Below are positions 48,163-62,029 of a stretch of DNA of 64,000 bases, in pieces. The stretch is from assembly GCA_043228905.1 (NCBI GenBank), contig JBHGNT010000001.1:5766001-5830000 (forward strand), in the 5' to 3' direction. The notes below the pieces were generated by a model, which worked only from the letters and a program-made list of their open reading frames with translations, was not told the origin of the DNA and did no database searches. The translations under genes and the position numbers were made by a program. The DNA is from Azolla caroliniana (taxonomy: Eukaryota > Plantae > Polypodiophyta). Each line of letters opens with the position of its first letter. The stretch's first letter is position 1.

Positions 48163-51100
48163 TTATGTACAAATCCCTAAAGGGACGCGATAGTTCCATC
48201 TAATGTGGAAGCCCACTGACTCAAGAAAGGGAGAGGACGACCATTGTTGGATGACGGCTATGCATTGTCTTTCAACTCCCTCGGAGCCACCTTTAAGGCC
48301 ATCATATTGGCTCTTCAGAGTGGCTACAATTTCACTCCATATCTCTTGCAGTAACCTTGTTGGATGGGCGATTTGGTTGGACAAGACTCGCCTACATCGT
48401 TGTTTCCATAGAATCCAAAGGGTTATTGGGCTGACCAATTCCAACACCTCTTGAGATTTGTCATTAAGAGGAATAGAGTGGACATTGCCGCTGGAAGAGA
48501 AAAGAACCTCTTGTGCTTTTATCACCAAAGTCATCCCCTCCTCCTGATGCTCGTATCGGCCAATTGCAGCCTGCCATGATAGCCAACATATATTTCCCCA
48601 GTTGATTGAACCTTGCACCTGGCATAATTGCAACAAGCGGCCAACCCCCCGCCATATTCTATGGGACGTTGGGCAGTCCCACAAAGCGTGTCGTATGGAT
48701 TCTACTGCATGTGGGAACTCTACACAATTAGGAGAGCTCAGGTTCCCACGTTGCCATGCTCCCACCGGTAGGGACTTATGTATTAACAACCATTGGAAAG
48801 TGGTAATTCGCCTCGCGTGTTGTTGCTTCCTGATTTTCTGCCAAAACTTGGTGATTATTACGGAGGGAACTTGAAATGTGTGCCAGACCTTCGCAGCAGC
48901 CAGTTCTCGGGCGGCTTGAGCAGCTAGAATGTGGCGACCCAATCTAGTTGTGAATTGGAAGAAAGGGATGGGTTTGCTTCCTTGCCCCGCGTAGGGATCA
49001 CGCCATGTCCATTGCAAAGGGTCCCAACTAACCTTACGTAGCCATGTGTTTTCATGAGTACATATATGCCAATCGGGTTGTACTTTGATCGGATCAGGAT
49101 CTACAATCCATTTATGACCAGTGTACGTGAGTACTCGAATGGCGTTATTCTGTGTGGGTGTCTCAATGTCTCGCAATTCATGGCCTTCGAGCCTGTCTGG
49201 TGATCCCCTACCTCTCGGGATCAGAGAGCCCTCCTCCTCGTGGCCTATCCATTTCTCCATTGTCGTCCTTTGAGTAGCAGATTCCCTAATCAGTAGCACG
49301 TTAATGATCTCCGATCTCATAGTCCATCCGCCCCTGATTCCATGGAGTATGTTCGCTTGATCTTGTAGTGGCATTGACATAAACCGTCGCCAACATTCTA
49401 TACTTTTGCATGGACCTTTTGCAATGTATCCCCATGACAACCCCTTACGTGATCCCAGTAGTTGATTAGATTCATCCTTGAGACATGGGTTCCATAGGAT
49501 ACATTGACTAAGCCAGGCAGGTTCGGATCTCGGTTGATCACACTAGAGCCCTCTACGAATGTCACACCATGCCTTCCACATGGATGCACTGAATCTGTCC
49601 TCCAAATGGCGGGAGAAATTAGGTTTGAGATCCATGTTTAAAATCCATCCCATTTGGGGGGCCCAATTGACCCCTTTTCGTGGCCTAAAGTAAGCGAAAC
49701 GTAACCTCAGTAGCATTTTCCAACAATCATTTCCTGGTTGGAGTCCTCGCACCACAAATTTGGCAAGTAAGGCTTTCGATTGTGAAAGGGGATCAATAAG
49801 ATCCAATCCCCCTCTCGACTTAGGCGTTGTGAGTATAGGCCACGCCACCCTGGCGCGAGCTACATGGTCGTCTTCCTTACCAGACCAAATGTAGTTGCGG
49901 ACCAGTTGTTGAATCTGATGTATACTTTCCTTGGAGATTGTCCAACATGATAGACTGTACCATGTTGTTGCGAGGAGTACCTGATTTGCCACTATGATGC
50001 GACCTGCTAGCGACAATTTTTTAGAGCTCCAATGTATCAACTTTTGTCGAATGGAAAGGATAACAGGTGCAATCATAGTCTCCGGCGGTATGTTGAAGCC
50101 AATTTGGAAGCCCAAATATTTGGTGCTTGCTCCTTGATTGATCCACTTGAAAGCGGGGTGTGGGTGCCACGCTAGATGTGTTTCCTAAGAGAGCCATATT
50201 GCATAGGATTTGTGCCAATTGATCATGGTGTTGGATCGCTTGCAAAATAAAACTAGCCCACTTTCTAGCTTTTGGAGGTTTTCCAGGTCCCCTTGCAGGT
50301 AGACTGTTGTGTCATCTGCAAATTCTATATCCAGGATGCTTTGGTAAGAATGAGGTATGGTAAGACCACGTAGGTTGAGATGCCGCGAGTTGAGAAAGCA
50401 AGAGAGTGCTTCGGCGTATAATAGAAATAAGGATGGAGCTAGTGGGCATCCCTGTCGTACAGAGCGGGATATTCGGAAAAAGGGGCCCCTTTCACCTGCC
50501 AGTGAAACGCAACTGCTGCCATTCCTATAAAATCCTGCAATGCCTTTGATCCATGTCTCTTGAAAGCCTAGTTTCCTCATCACACTTTCTAGAAAGTTCC
50601 AACATACCCTATCATATGTTTTCTCAAAATCTAGTAGCACCACCACTACCTTCTTGTTGGTCTGCTTGGCAAGGGCTATTGCTTCCCAAAATGAGAAGAG
50701 GTTGTCTAGGATGCTCCGATTTCTAACGAAACCTGTTTGGGACGGATGAATGAGTTGAGGGAGAAGTGGAGTTAAACGGCGTGCCACGATTTTTGCGAGC
50801 AACTTATAGACAGTATTGAGAAGAGTAATGGGCCGCCACTTGTGAATGTCGTTGGCATTCCCACCACTTTTAGGAATGAGATGTATCATCCCCTGTCCAA
50901 ATTCCTCTAGCATGCTTCCAAAGGTGATGATCTCCTCATATGCCTGGAGGAGGTCTTCTTTAATAGTGCCCCAAAGGCATGTGAAAAAGTGCGGGGTGAG
51001 ACCGTCAATTCCGGGGCAGCTCTTGGCATCTAAATCAGTGAGGGCCTCCCATATCTCAATGATTGATAGGGGACGCACAAGCCAGGTATTCATTTCCGGT

Positions 51101-52460
51101 GTGACTTTCTCGGGTATGCTTTGGAGGATAATATCATCGCTTATGTCTTCCCCTGTAGCTATCATGTCTTCGGTAAGTAGGCGGCTATAATACCTTGTGG
51201 CAATATTCCTCATTTCGTCGCCATCCTCAGTGGTCATTCCATCCTCCCGGTTGAGGCTGCGCATCACAGTTCTAGCGTGCCTCGGGCCTTTGGAGCGGAA
51301 GAATTCCTTTGTGGTTTTGTCCCCTACTCGAATCCATCGCGCCATGCTGCCATGAAACTCCATGTCATATATTGCCTTTTCTGCCATGCTAAGTTCCTGT
51401 TTGGCCGTGGCGACTTGTCCTGCGATCCAATTACAGGATGGGTATCTCTATTGGAGTCGTAGGCTATTAGTCCCCGTTTTGTCCTCTGTCGCTTCTCCTG
51501 AGCATCCTTGCGTCTGGTCTTGACAATCTCATGTAGGAGAGTAGAGACTCTTGTTAATTTAGCTAAAAGTTTGTCCGATGTTGATGAGCCATTGACGGGT
51601 AATGACCATTGGTTGGATAGTTGGTCCTTCACGTCTATAAGTGTGTAAGTAGTGTGTGGGATGCGAGTCTGGAATGGGCCCCATTTTCGGTGCAATTGAA
51701 AATGACCAACTATCGGGTAATGGTCAGAGAAAGTCGTGCCTAGAGTTATGCGACACCACCCTCCCTTCGCTTCTAAAGCCTCCCCCACATAAATGCAGTC
51801 AATGCGAGATAGGGTGGGTCCACTATTCCGCCCGTCTGATCGGGAGAATAGGAGAGAGTCCCTTTTCCGTTGGAAGTTGGTAGAATGCCAGATGTCTCGC
51901 AGGTTAAGGTGGACACATAGCTTCTCCCATTTTTTGTGTTCCCTTCCTTGTAGAACTATGGGGTTGTTGTTGGAGCTATCATGAATGGATTCGATCATAT
52001 TAAAATCCCCTCCAATGCACCACTCTTCCGCACCCACTACTTGTAGGCGGATGCGGTCCCAGAATGTTGCTCTTTCTGTTCTGTTATTTGGAGCATAAAA
52101 ATTCATGAAGTTCCATCGTTGCCCTTGGATGGTCAGCGTGCAAAAATGTGCCCTACCAGGTATAAGTGATTCTTGGTGTATTAAGCCTTGGGCTAGATGT
52201 TCCCGAATCAAAGTGCAAATACCACCATGATTTCCATCCTCCCCAATTGCTGGTTCCCAAATCGTTCGCCATGATCCTGGTAGAAGGTCTCCGACTTCCT
52301 TTAACTGTGTGCTATCGAGGTGGTGTTCCTGCAACATGATGATGTCAGCACCACTCCCTAGTAAATGTTCTTCAAGATCCCTTCTCAGTTTCCATCTATT
52401 TTGCTGGTCTAGTCTACTTCTGAGTCCTTGCACGTTCCATGTTATAATCTTCATACTCAT
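48163..52460 (-). pseudogene. LINE ORF2 (APE endonuclease, RT, zf-RVT), disrupted by frameshifts
   Basis: TWNVQG, MLQEH, GGDFN, SDHYP; QGCPLAP, EFADD; ESIRHALWDC. Confidence 0.92.
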
Positions 52461-53815
52461 GGAATGGGGTGGGAGGTTGCCAGTTGTGCCTGGTGCTTTG
52501 TACAACAGGTCGTGAGTGGGGAGCACTCACCATTTAGACATCCAGTCATTTCCAGGGATGGAATAGTGGTCCACATCCATGAGTGGAGTTTGTGGGCTAT
52601 CTTGTGGGCTTCAATCGCCCCTTCATGCTTCTCATAGAAATAGACAAAGCTTGGAGTTAGTTGGGTGTTTATGATAGTCCGCAGGTGGATGTGGCAAAGA
52701 TGGGGGTCCTCTTCATCCATGGTGCACCAGAATTCAGTGTTATGCCAATGTGGCTTTAGTTCATTCATGAGCTCTTCATCTCTTATTTGTGCTACAAAGC
52801 ACGTTGCTTGGCTACATAACATATCTTTAATCTTGGATTTCGACCAATCTTCCTGAGTCAGAAGCAAGAGTGGAAAGGAGATTGAGGTCGTCGGAACTCC
52901 GTTATTGTGCACCGCTGATACATGTACCCTTATTTTTTCCACTGTCTTGAGCCCTATACCTAGCCATTTCAAGGCGTTTTGTGGGTGTCGTTCAAGGTCT
53001 TGGCTAGAGGAAGCACACTCATTTGTGTCCGGGACGACTATGATTTGAGGCGTGACATTCACACTTCTGCCTTGGGTTGTTGCTTCTGCATTGGGTGTCG
53101 TTCCACTCAAGCTCCTTATTAGGGTCTTTACATGACTTATTCGTCTGCATTTCCCTGTTTTGTAAGCTTTAACGAGAACTTTCTCTTGGGTGCTTGGTGT
53201 CACCTTAGGTCGTTCCTTGGGGCTTACGAAAGAGCTAGGGGAAGGCTCATATGTGGGGGGGAGCTCTTGTAGTAGATCAAAGCGATTGGGGCTCATAGGC
53301 GATGGAGGATTTTGTGCCGGTGATGTTTTTCGAAGGACATGGGTTTTTTCCACCACTCGCCATTCCATCACAACCTTGTCGGGTCGTGGTGGGGGAGGCT
53401 TTTGATGTCTTATGGTATCCTGACCTTCCAGAGTCTCCTTTGTAGGATCTTTAATACGTCTTGTGGGGCAATTCTTTTTTAAATGACCAAGTTTTTTGCA
53501 TGCAAAACATTGCCCCGGTGCGCCAATCACTTCTATGCGTTGTTCAATTCGCATTCTGTTTTTCCCGGGAATGAGGATCTTGGAGGGAAGTTTATTGATG
53601 TCTTGCACCAAGAGGCGGATAGAGGGAGGGCCTAGGTGCTTCTTTAGTCTGTTTGCTAGCGTTAGTTCCTCATCCAACATCATCCCAAAGGAGTTGCCAA
53701 TAGTAGGAAGTAACATGTTGTATTCTAAGGATAGTCCAGGAAACAACATTGTTACCTTTTTCATGGAGTCATCCTGTTGTGCGGCTTTCTCTGGGTTAAA
53801 TCTATTGTTTAACAT
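52457..53815 (-). CDS. LINE ORF1 (partial) with CCHC zinc knuckle
   Basis: CFACKKLGHLKKNC; lies directly upstream of the endonuclease. Confidence 0.8.
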   Translation of the reverse strand: MLNNRFNPEKAAQQDDSMKKVTMLFPGLSLEYNMLLPTIGNSFGMMLDEELTLANRLKKHLGPPSIRLLVQDINKLPSKILIPGKNRMRIEQRIEVIGAPGQCFACKKLGHLKKNCPTRRIKDPTKETLEGQDTIRHQKPPPPRPDKVVMEWRVVEKTHVLRKTSPAQNPPSPMSPNRFDLLQELPPTYEPSPSSFVSPKERPKVTPSTQEKVLVKAYKTGKCRRISHVKTLIRSLSGTTPNAEATTQGRSVNVTPQIIVVPDTNECASSSQDLERHPQNALKWLGIGLKTVEKIRVHVSAVHNNGVPTTSISFPLLLLTQEDWSKSKIKDMLCSQATCFVAQIRDEELMNELKPHWHNTEFWCTMDEEDPHLCHIHLRTIINTQLTPSFVYFYEKHEGAIEAHKIAHKLHSWMWTTIPSLEMTGCLNGECSPLTTCCTKHQAQLATSHPIP

Positions 53816-54129
53816 ACCAAATATTTAGACCTTAACTTTGACATAGAAAATGAAATAAAGCATTTAATGTACTCTACGTAAAGTACATATTTCATAAGTA
53901 TTTAACAAATACAAAAAATGCATTAAAAGTACTTTTAGCTTAATAGATAACCGTATTCATCACCTCATATTGCAATCTTGTTAAGGATTATGTTTATATA
54001 TACATACAATGTAAATTGTTAACATAAGATGCCTAGACATAACCCATACAAGTTGCTACAACTATTATAGGTTGTTGCAACCTGAATCCTAAGTATCCTT
54101 AGAAACCATTTTCTTTGGTTTTCATTCGC

Positions 54130-54440
54130 ACAATGGTGGATCAAATTACAAATATGACACATTTTCTTCCATGTCTCAAGATCGTCAATAATAAAAGTAT
54201 TATACCATCATGGTTTTCTAATGACAATATCTACAACTAAGGGCTTGAATTTATCACAAAAGTTTGGAAACGTTTGCTCAAGTTGCTCCAGATTTCTTGT
54301 AAGCTCTCTTCAAGCAATAATTCAAAGAACAACGCTCAAACAACGAATATAAACAAAACGCTGGAGCAATATGTTCATTGTTTCATCAACTACAACAAGA
54401 TGATTAGGTTGAGTTCTTCCATTTTATAGAGTTTCAAGAA
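54130..54440 (+). pseudogene. Decayed chromovirus integrase fragment
   Basis: Resembles 40130-40480 (FITKVWKRLLK, NKTLEQYVHCFINY). Confidence 0.6.
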
Positions 54441-55819
54441 ACAATAAATATTCTCAATGGGATGGAAACTTGGGGACACAATCTTTATAGGGCACAAAAC
54501 TACAGAAATTTGGTCTAGATCTTTAGACCTAATGAAATCTCAATGTTCCAAGAATAATCCTTATTTAGATAGGAACATACTAATAGTGTTTGAAGTGATA
54601 CAACAATTAGTGATTGGTATTGAACAAATTTGGAAGCTCCCAAGGAAAAGGTACACTTCTGTCATGAAACATACTATTAGCATAACATGGACATAATTAT
54701 TGAAATTTGGATGGTTCTAAAGAGGTAGCATAAAAATAAATACACTACCTTTGTTCCAATATATTGTATCTTAGATTATCCACAATTTGAAACATGACAC
54801 AAGTGGAAAGAAAAGAGTGTCACTGATCTAGGTATCATTGATTTGGATAATGAAAGAATGAGGCATGTGGTATTTTTCTATTACATGAGTTTTTGTATTT
54901 TAGGAAAATGTTTTTGTACTTTTGTAATGTATGAAAAAGTCTTTACGTCTATGTTAGCTTTTGCCCAAATATTCTTGTTCGTCTTATCCCAAGCTAGATC
55001 TTAAATATTGAGGTATGTGACCACCTCTTTCTATTTGTTAAAAAGTGGAATGTGGTTAAATTATAACATGTGTTGTAAACTTGTATCTTATGTTACATCA
55101 TGTATATTATATTAGAATCTAGTTCTTTAGAGTGCATTGTTGAAAGAGTTCATAACATTGGCGATCAATCCTACTCCATTGGCAAACCCAACTTTAGTGA
55201 AGATTTGGAGGACAAAGATTACGTGGTTGAGAATTCCAATGAAGAAGATATCACAATATCTCATGTCGGTAGTTTCCAAGCCCAAAAATTTGACCCATTA
55301 ATTGATTCCCCTTAAATGAGTTTTTGTTATGTACTCTTAGTGTAAACTCTTTATATGTATTTCTTTTATAGATATCAATTTCTTAATTCCATTGTGTATC
55401 AAATTCAAATTGAAATTACTTTGAGAATTCTTTCTAATGTAAAGATATCTGGTTATACATCATAAGGAAAAGAAAAAGAAAGACTTATGCCACCTGAAAT
55501 TGGTGGGTTTCTTTATTATTGGTAGTAATTTTGGATTTTGCTGCAATACTAAAAATATACATCACCGACACATACTTCAATAATGTTATAACATATGTAT
55601 ATTTTTGGTGAAAAACTACAATTTTTTAAATATCTCCCAACATTCCTTTCACTCTAACCCTCAGCCACAATGCAAACATTGACAATCTTCTCTAACACAA
55701 ATCCAACAATGATGTTATACTCTTCGGTTGGTGTTTTTCTTGTCTCTTCTCTTATTTGTTGTATGGTTAGTATTTTCTTACAAATACCGACAATAATGCA
55801 CTAGTGAGGAATGTTGCAA

Positions 55820-56600
55820 ATGCGTGTAATAATACGTTAGTTTAGGAATTCACGCTACAAATATTCCTAATATTCCTAACCACTTATTGTTAGAATATTT
55901 GGCATGCACGTGATCCTGCCCATTTTATAGTAGTGGATGGCCTACACAAACATAGGAGCAGCAAAATTCTTCACAAGGCTTGGTTCTCCCTACAAAAGGT
56001 TGTGTGCGCTGGAGTTTCTCATGTAAATGCATAATTGGCGCCCTTGAATGACAATATGCACAAGTACAATTTCAAAAACCACACACAAAATTGAGGTTTC
56101 TTGATATAGTTGTAACTCCAAATCTTCTCTACGGGGCAAACACTTGGGGAAGGGACATTTATGGACACATAACTAGAAATATATTTAGTTTTGATGATTT
56201 CCCACATGATCAAAGGACAATATCAATGCTCGTAGCTCAACAATATAACCTTGCTTGAGATTGGAGGATCTCTGATTGTGACCTAGGCATTCTTCCAATA
56301 AATGACCAATATCAAACATATTTGGATCTTGATAGAGCAAATGATTGACACTTACGTGTTGAACCCGAATAGCAAAACATGGATTGAATAATTGCAATTG
56401 GTATGCTATAAATGTGAGAATGGTTTCAATCATATGGCTCAAATATAAATACTCACCATCATGCTCCAATATGGCTTGGGATGTTTGAGTGCATTAAAAT
56501 AATAAACCGCTCTCAAGTAATATCATTAAATTGTATCAATAAAAGAACAATGTACGTGGTATTCCTCTTAAAGATGGATTTATACCGTTTGCAGTTTATG
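55820..56600 (+). pseudogene. Decayed RTE-like LINE RT C-terminal region
   Basis: TKLRFLDIVVTPNLLYGANTWG motif at about 56085-56150; boundaries approximate. Confidence 0.45.
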
Positions 56601-57865
56601 AGGTAAGCCTATATGTATATATAGTTTTTTGTTCAAATGTCAATGTTGATTTTATCCTTAGGTCGTTTTCTTTATTATAACATGTGTTGTATGTTATGTT
56701 ATATGTTTTGCATATCATGTCAAGATCATGTTCTTCATTAGAGTATACCTCTAAAAGGAGCTTGCAACTTTGACGATCGGCCCCAACACTACCAACAACC
56801 ACAAGGCCAAAAAAGGTTACGAGAAAGACTACATGGTTGAGGCTCTCAAAGAAAATAGCACGATATCTCTCATGTCGGCAATGTTTGAACACGACATTGA
56901 CCCATTAACTTTTTCTTCTTAGATTAGGTTTTTTGTTAGTCATGATGCAATCATTAAACGTTTCTACATGTATGAATTTATAAGTACAAATATCTATATT
57001 TGATTAATTGTTAAGAGTACAATGTGGTTTCTCTATTATTCATTATTTGCATCAAAGTTTAATTGATTATTCTCTATGATTTTTGTTTCTACAGAGATAC
57101 GTTGATGTATATCAACAATTTTCTTTTGACGGTCACAACCCACCACAAACTAGTGGAACAAATGTTTTTCAATATAACTTATAATTATCAATTTTGATAG
57201 TAGAACAAGTTTGCTTATGACTTTAGTGTTCTTGATGTGTCCAAAATCTCAAAAAAAAAAAAAGTGGAATTTCCTATAATATTTGAAAATTGACTAAAAT
57301 TTCAATGGTACTTCAAAACATTGAATTTCCAAACATTATTGTTGGAGTTTCCAATATGTTAGAAGTGCTAATCTTTAGTGTTATAAGATATTGAAGCACT
57401 TGGTGAACTTTTTAACACTTAGACAGGATGTTGGTAGATAGATTATGCGTAATGCTAGAAATAACTTATTATCTACAATAGCGCACATAACCACCTTGAA
57501 AATGGTTGGTTATGCACATAAATAATGAAGCATGGACCACTCTAGATATATTAGCAAAGTATCCAGCAATATAGTACACCATCCTTCTCAATATCTTAAC
57601 ATACAATCGAGCTCATGTAGAATTTCAATCCTTGAAGTTTTGTTGATATGGGAAATCATTTCAACTTTTGTGGTAACACTATTAGTTATCCTTCAATAAG
57701 GTTTCTTATGGATCTTCACAAAGGGAATTGAAAAGAATAGGTGGTTGTTGAGTGTCGATTATAGATTAAAGTGTGGCCAAGCAAAACTATACTCTTGGCA
57801 TCATACTAAGTGAGACACAGAGTAAATCCCATCATAAGCCACACACTTTCTATCTCCCCTCTTGT

Positions 57866-57902
<37 letters not shown>

Positions 57903-58614
57903 TTTTATTTTTATTTTTATTTTCGATGATTTTGGGTAAACACCCCATTTTGTTGTAAACCAATTGTCTCATGGGCCAAATTTGGTCTTAGAAGACATTA
58001 ATATATTTTCTTTCTTTCTCTCTCTCTTTCACTTGATGTTATGAAGTATGTGATTGTTAAGGATACATTGTTAGAGGCACTACGGATATAATGGCAAGAT
58101 GCTAAAATGTCAAAATTAGAAAATGACATGTAACAATTGCTAATTCCCAACGTTGGATCCAACCACGCCTTACACCCCCATGAGCCTTGACTTCAAAGAG
58201 CCATAGCACTTCTTCAAATTGGCATACACAAGTTAGATTTCGAGGTTGCATCATGGAATTGTCACCCAAGTATGAAGTTATGCAAGATAAACAATGAAAA
58301 CCTCATGAAGGATGATTTTCACTTGTTGCATGCCCAACACTTAAGGTAATTCACAAAAAGTTTGATGACTTATGTAGGGGTTGAACACATTACATTTTGG
58401 TCTCTACCATATACCATTTAGCTTAATAGACAAATAAGTAACCCAACAACATTCTCACTACATGTAGAATTACATGAAGATATGCTCTCAACATAGGGTT
58501 AATATCCATTACACTCTCCCTATGCCCACTCACAAAAGGTCATATCTTGAACCAATAAACATGTCTATTACATTGTACATTCCTTCTTAAATTATTAGAT
58601 GCCATTGCGCTAAT

Positions 58615-58745
58615 GTGGTGGTTGAACACATGACCTTCTGGCATATGCCAAACAACCTTCTAGTATTGTAGTGGTTGAACACATGACCTTCTAGTATATG
58701 CCAAACAACCTTCTGGTAATGTAGTGGTTGAACACATGACCTTTT
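58615..58745. repeat. ~53-bp tandem repeat, about 2.5 copies, flanked by a ~110-140-bp imperfect direct duplication (58415-58560 and 58795-58905)
   Basis: GTGGTTGAACACATGACCTT occurs three times. Confidence 0.8.
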
Positions 58746-61700
58746 GGAAATTATCTTCAGGAAGCATCTTACACACAATGCAACTACTTTCTTATTAGCT
58801 TAATAGAACAATAAGTAACCCACCAACATTCTCATTGCCTATAGAACTATGAGGGATACATGAAGATATGCCCAACTACAAAAGGTCATATCCTAAACCA
58901 ATAAACCATATGGCATCACTCTTGTGTTTCCGTATCTAGAGACAATCGTGGTCCATCTCATCATGCCTTCTCTTTATGTTTCCCTTTGTTCATTCAGAGT
59001 TCCATTGCCCATCCTTTTGTAAGAACTTTAAATTGGGCCTTCCCTTGATGAAAATTATGATGAAGCAACACCTACCACTTGTTAATTTGCATGCCTACTT
59101 GAATTTGATGACCCTTGATTAGTGGTCATTGTATAATCCTTAATCTTTTTCCCCTTCTCTTTATGAGTGTAGGCATCAACTTAGACATTCCTTACATTTC
59201 GTTCTCTCTAAGCAATACTCTATCATTTACTCTCAAAATGGTTCTTGTATAAAAAACACCTTGGTTGTCTCAAGTGAGTTTAGCTAAATTATTGGAATAG
59301 GCTTGGAAAACTTGTCTTATGCCTTATGTTTCTCATTTAGAAGATAATCTTCTTCATTCCCCTTCACCCCTATTGTGTTTTGGTTGTTGCATGCATTTGG
59401 TTGGTCGTATCTAGGTTTCTCACATGAGAACATGTCCTTTAAGAGACCTCTTATAGGAAACAATAACGTATACTGTCTTTCCTAGTTGAGGAACATCAAG
59501 AAACCAAAACCATTGGGCTTTCTTGTTGTGAATGTTCCCCAATTTAGTATTTAGGACAAACATAAGTATTTAGCACACTCACCTCCTAACATTGATGCAT
59601 TCTTGCAACTTGGCTAACATGCGTGCATGAAACTTAGAAATCATACATGGTTATCACATAAGGTCCTATGATAACTACATATACACATGAATGTGAGCAT
59701 GTACAATTCTCCTATAAGAGATGATGCATTGGCAAGATTCTTGGTACTCTCCCATGTTATACTACTTTGTTAATCTAACTAATTGAAAATCTAATCAATT
59801 GACAAGGTAGTAAAACTTGCCAATTGCCAATAGGGAACTTGAACTTCGGTCCAACAAGAAGTCAATTTTGAGTTGGGCTAGAACCACATGATCTAGAATG
59901 GAACTAGAATGATCAAATCCAAGAGATAGATAATCTAACTTGTTACATGACCTTTTTCTCTTCTCATTACATTAAAATGGGCCACAGTTAATCCCCAATG
60001 TGAGACATATGTTTCTTTAGCGAAACACTCCCCTCCATCACTAATCATTTTGAATGAAAATGCAAACGGTTGGTTCTCAATGTTTAGTCTTTTGCCATCC
60101 ACACCAACTCCAATAATCCAACCACAATTCTACAAAGGAAACTAAGATAGGACTTTATCACCTCACAATAAATTGATGAGTGCTTCTTCCATTCACATTA
60201 AAAGATGATTATTAATTCAACCATCCACCCACCTTTGTTCAAAATCAAACCAACATAAGAGTTATTGGCACACAACTTGATGTGAACAAATTTCTGAACA
60301 ATAATCAATACTTTACATAGAAACAATTTAGGAATGCCTAATTGTAGCATTTAAGTTAATCGTGAGTTCAAAGGGTTCTTTGAGTCACCTTTCTCACCCT
60401 TTTACATGTAAAGAGCCTTACATAATATAAAGTCACAATATCACTTTCAAGAATCAGAGACACGTAAAGATTAGAATTCTAATCATCCCATAATTCATAT
60501 TTGGTGATTATAACATGGTATTATTGTCCTTCCACACATGAGCTACGTAAATTTATGGCATTATGTCATCAAATAGTAGAATCATATGACATTATCATAC
60601 TTCTGTAAGTGTCAAAAGATCTTATCCATTGTTCAAAGGCCATAGTTAAGGAATTTAAATATGAATGTGGCATCATTTTAAGTCTTTATATGCCAAAATA
60701 TCTTATTTGTTAAAAGTTCTCATAGTTGAAGAATGGGGATATAATTATATGTCATTCATGCTTAGACCTAAAATATTCAAAGAAATATTAGTGGTTGATC
60801 CTAATTGTCAAAGATATATAGTTGACACCCTTGTGTTACCTTGAATGATTTAGTTTTTTATCCATGCAATCATATCTACATTATTTATAGATCGACATTG
60901 TTGTGTTATGCTACCTCATCATCTGCAAAACTCAAGTTTGAGCACACTTCATCAAGTAGAGGGCATCAATCTAACACAACAATGTTGAGGTTGGAGTCTA
61001 TCAATCAATCACAAATTGTGTGATAATGGATCATGAGTTTGCATGTTGTGGTGCTAATCTAAAGAGTTGGATCTTTTCATTAAAAGTTTTGGAAACTACT
61101 ACAAAAGAACAAGGTACATGCTTAACTAGAAAATTGTACAAAATGTGATTTCCAATATGGAGAGTTACAACACAAGTAATGAAGTACCATCCACATGCAA
61201 AAATCATGAACCTACAACAATGAAGTGTAGCATTTGAATCTCAAGTGTCTTGAATACAACCCACTTTATGTCCATAAAAACTAGAAAAACATTTGAGTAA
61301 CACCATAAAGAGATGACAATATGAAGTTGATTTATATGAAACTTGAGCACTATGCATATGGGGAGAATGTTCGACTCCAATATCGTGGATTTGTATTATA
61401 TGATCTTTGGTAGCAGGATTCCTAAAGACTTCTACAAGCTCAAGCATAGTCCAACGATCATGAAAACTTGTGTTTGCAAAGAAAGTATGAAGCTCAACTT
61501 GTGCAACAAAAATTCAACTAACTCAATTTAATTAAATATAAAAATTATTATGCACTATCTTTACATATCCTTGATTGTCCAACCAAATCTCTCTTATTTT
61601 CATCTAACGTGTTTTAACACATCTTTGAGTCACCTTATAACTTTAAAAATTACAGTTGATAGTTGGTTTGAAGGACTAATTTGATTGCTATAACTTATAA

Positions 61701-61775
61701 GCAATGGGGGAATTGGAAACAAGATTATCTATTACCTTACTCTCCCAAATAGAAAACCCAATCAATAGTGGAGAA

Positions 61776-61850
61776 GCACTTTTAGTTCAGTTAGGTAAGA
61801 CGTGGGTCTCCAAAAACCCGATGGTGTAGGTTTGAATCCTATAGGGAGTG
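61776..61850 (+). tRNA. trnW-CCA: Plastid-type tRNA-Trp(CCA) pseudogene, likely organelle-derived
   Basis: TTAGTTCAGTT.GGTA..ACGTGGGTCTCCAAAA(A)CCCGATG..GTAGGTT..AATCCTA resembles land-plant chloroplast trnW from memory; T-loop mutated and an extra A present. Confidence 0.75.
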
Positions 61851-62029
61851 TTTATGATCCGTGAACTAACAAAGATTGATGAGTCTGCTTGTTTTTGGAA
61901 TGGCAAGAGAGGTGTTTCCTTGCTTCTGTCATGATAAAACCCAACAATATATAAGCTATAATCCAGGGTGTAACATCTATTGGTACTCAAAAGTGCCACA
62001 CAAGTTTAACGTGATTACCATATTGCACA

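Larger units (their letters stand above)
48087..53815 (-). mobile_element. Near full-length L1-clade LINE, 5' end of ORF1 missing
   Basis: T-rich tail 48087-48113; ORF1 and ORF2 domains in order. Confidence 0.93.

Noticed and set aside
59600-61400. Possible decayed Copia integrase/RT traces
   Set aside because: Only scattered short motif resemblance; not enough to delimit a feature
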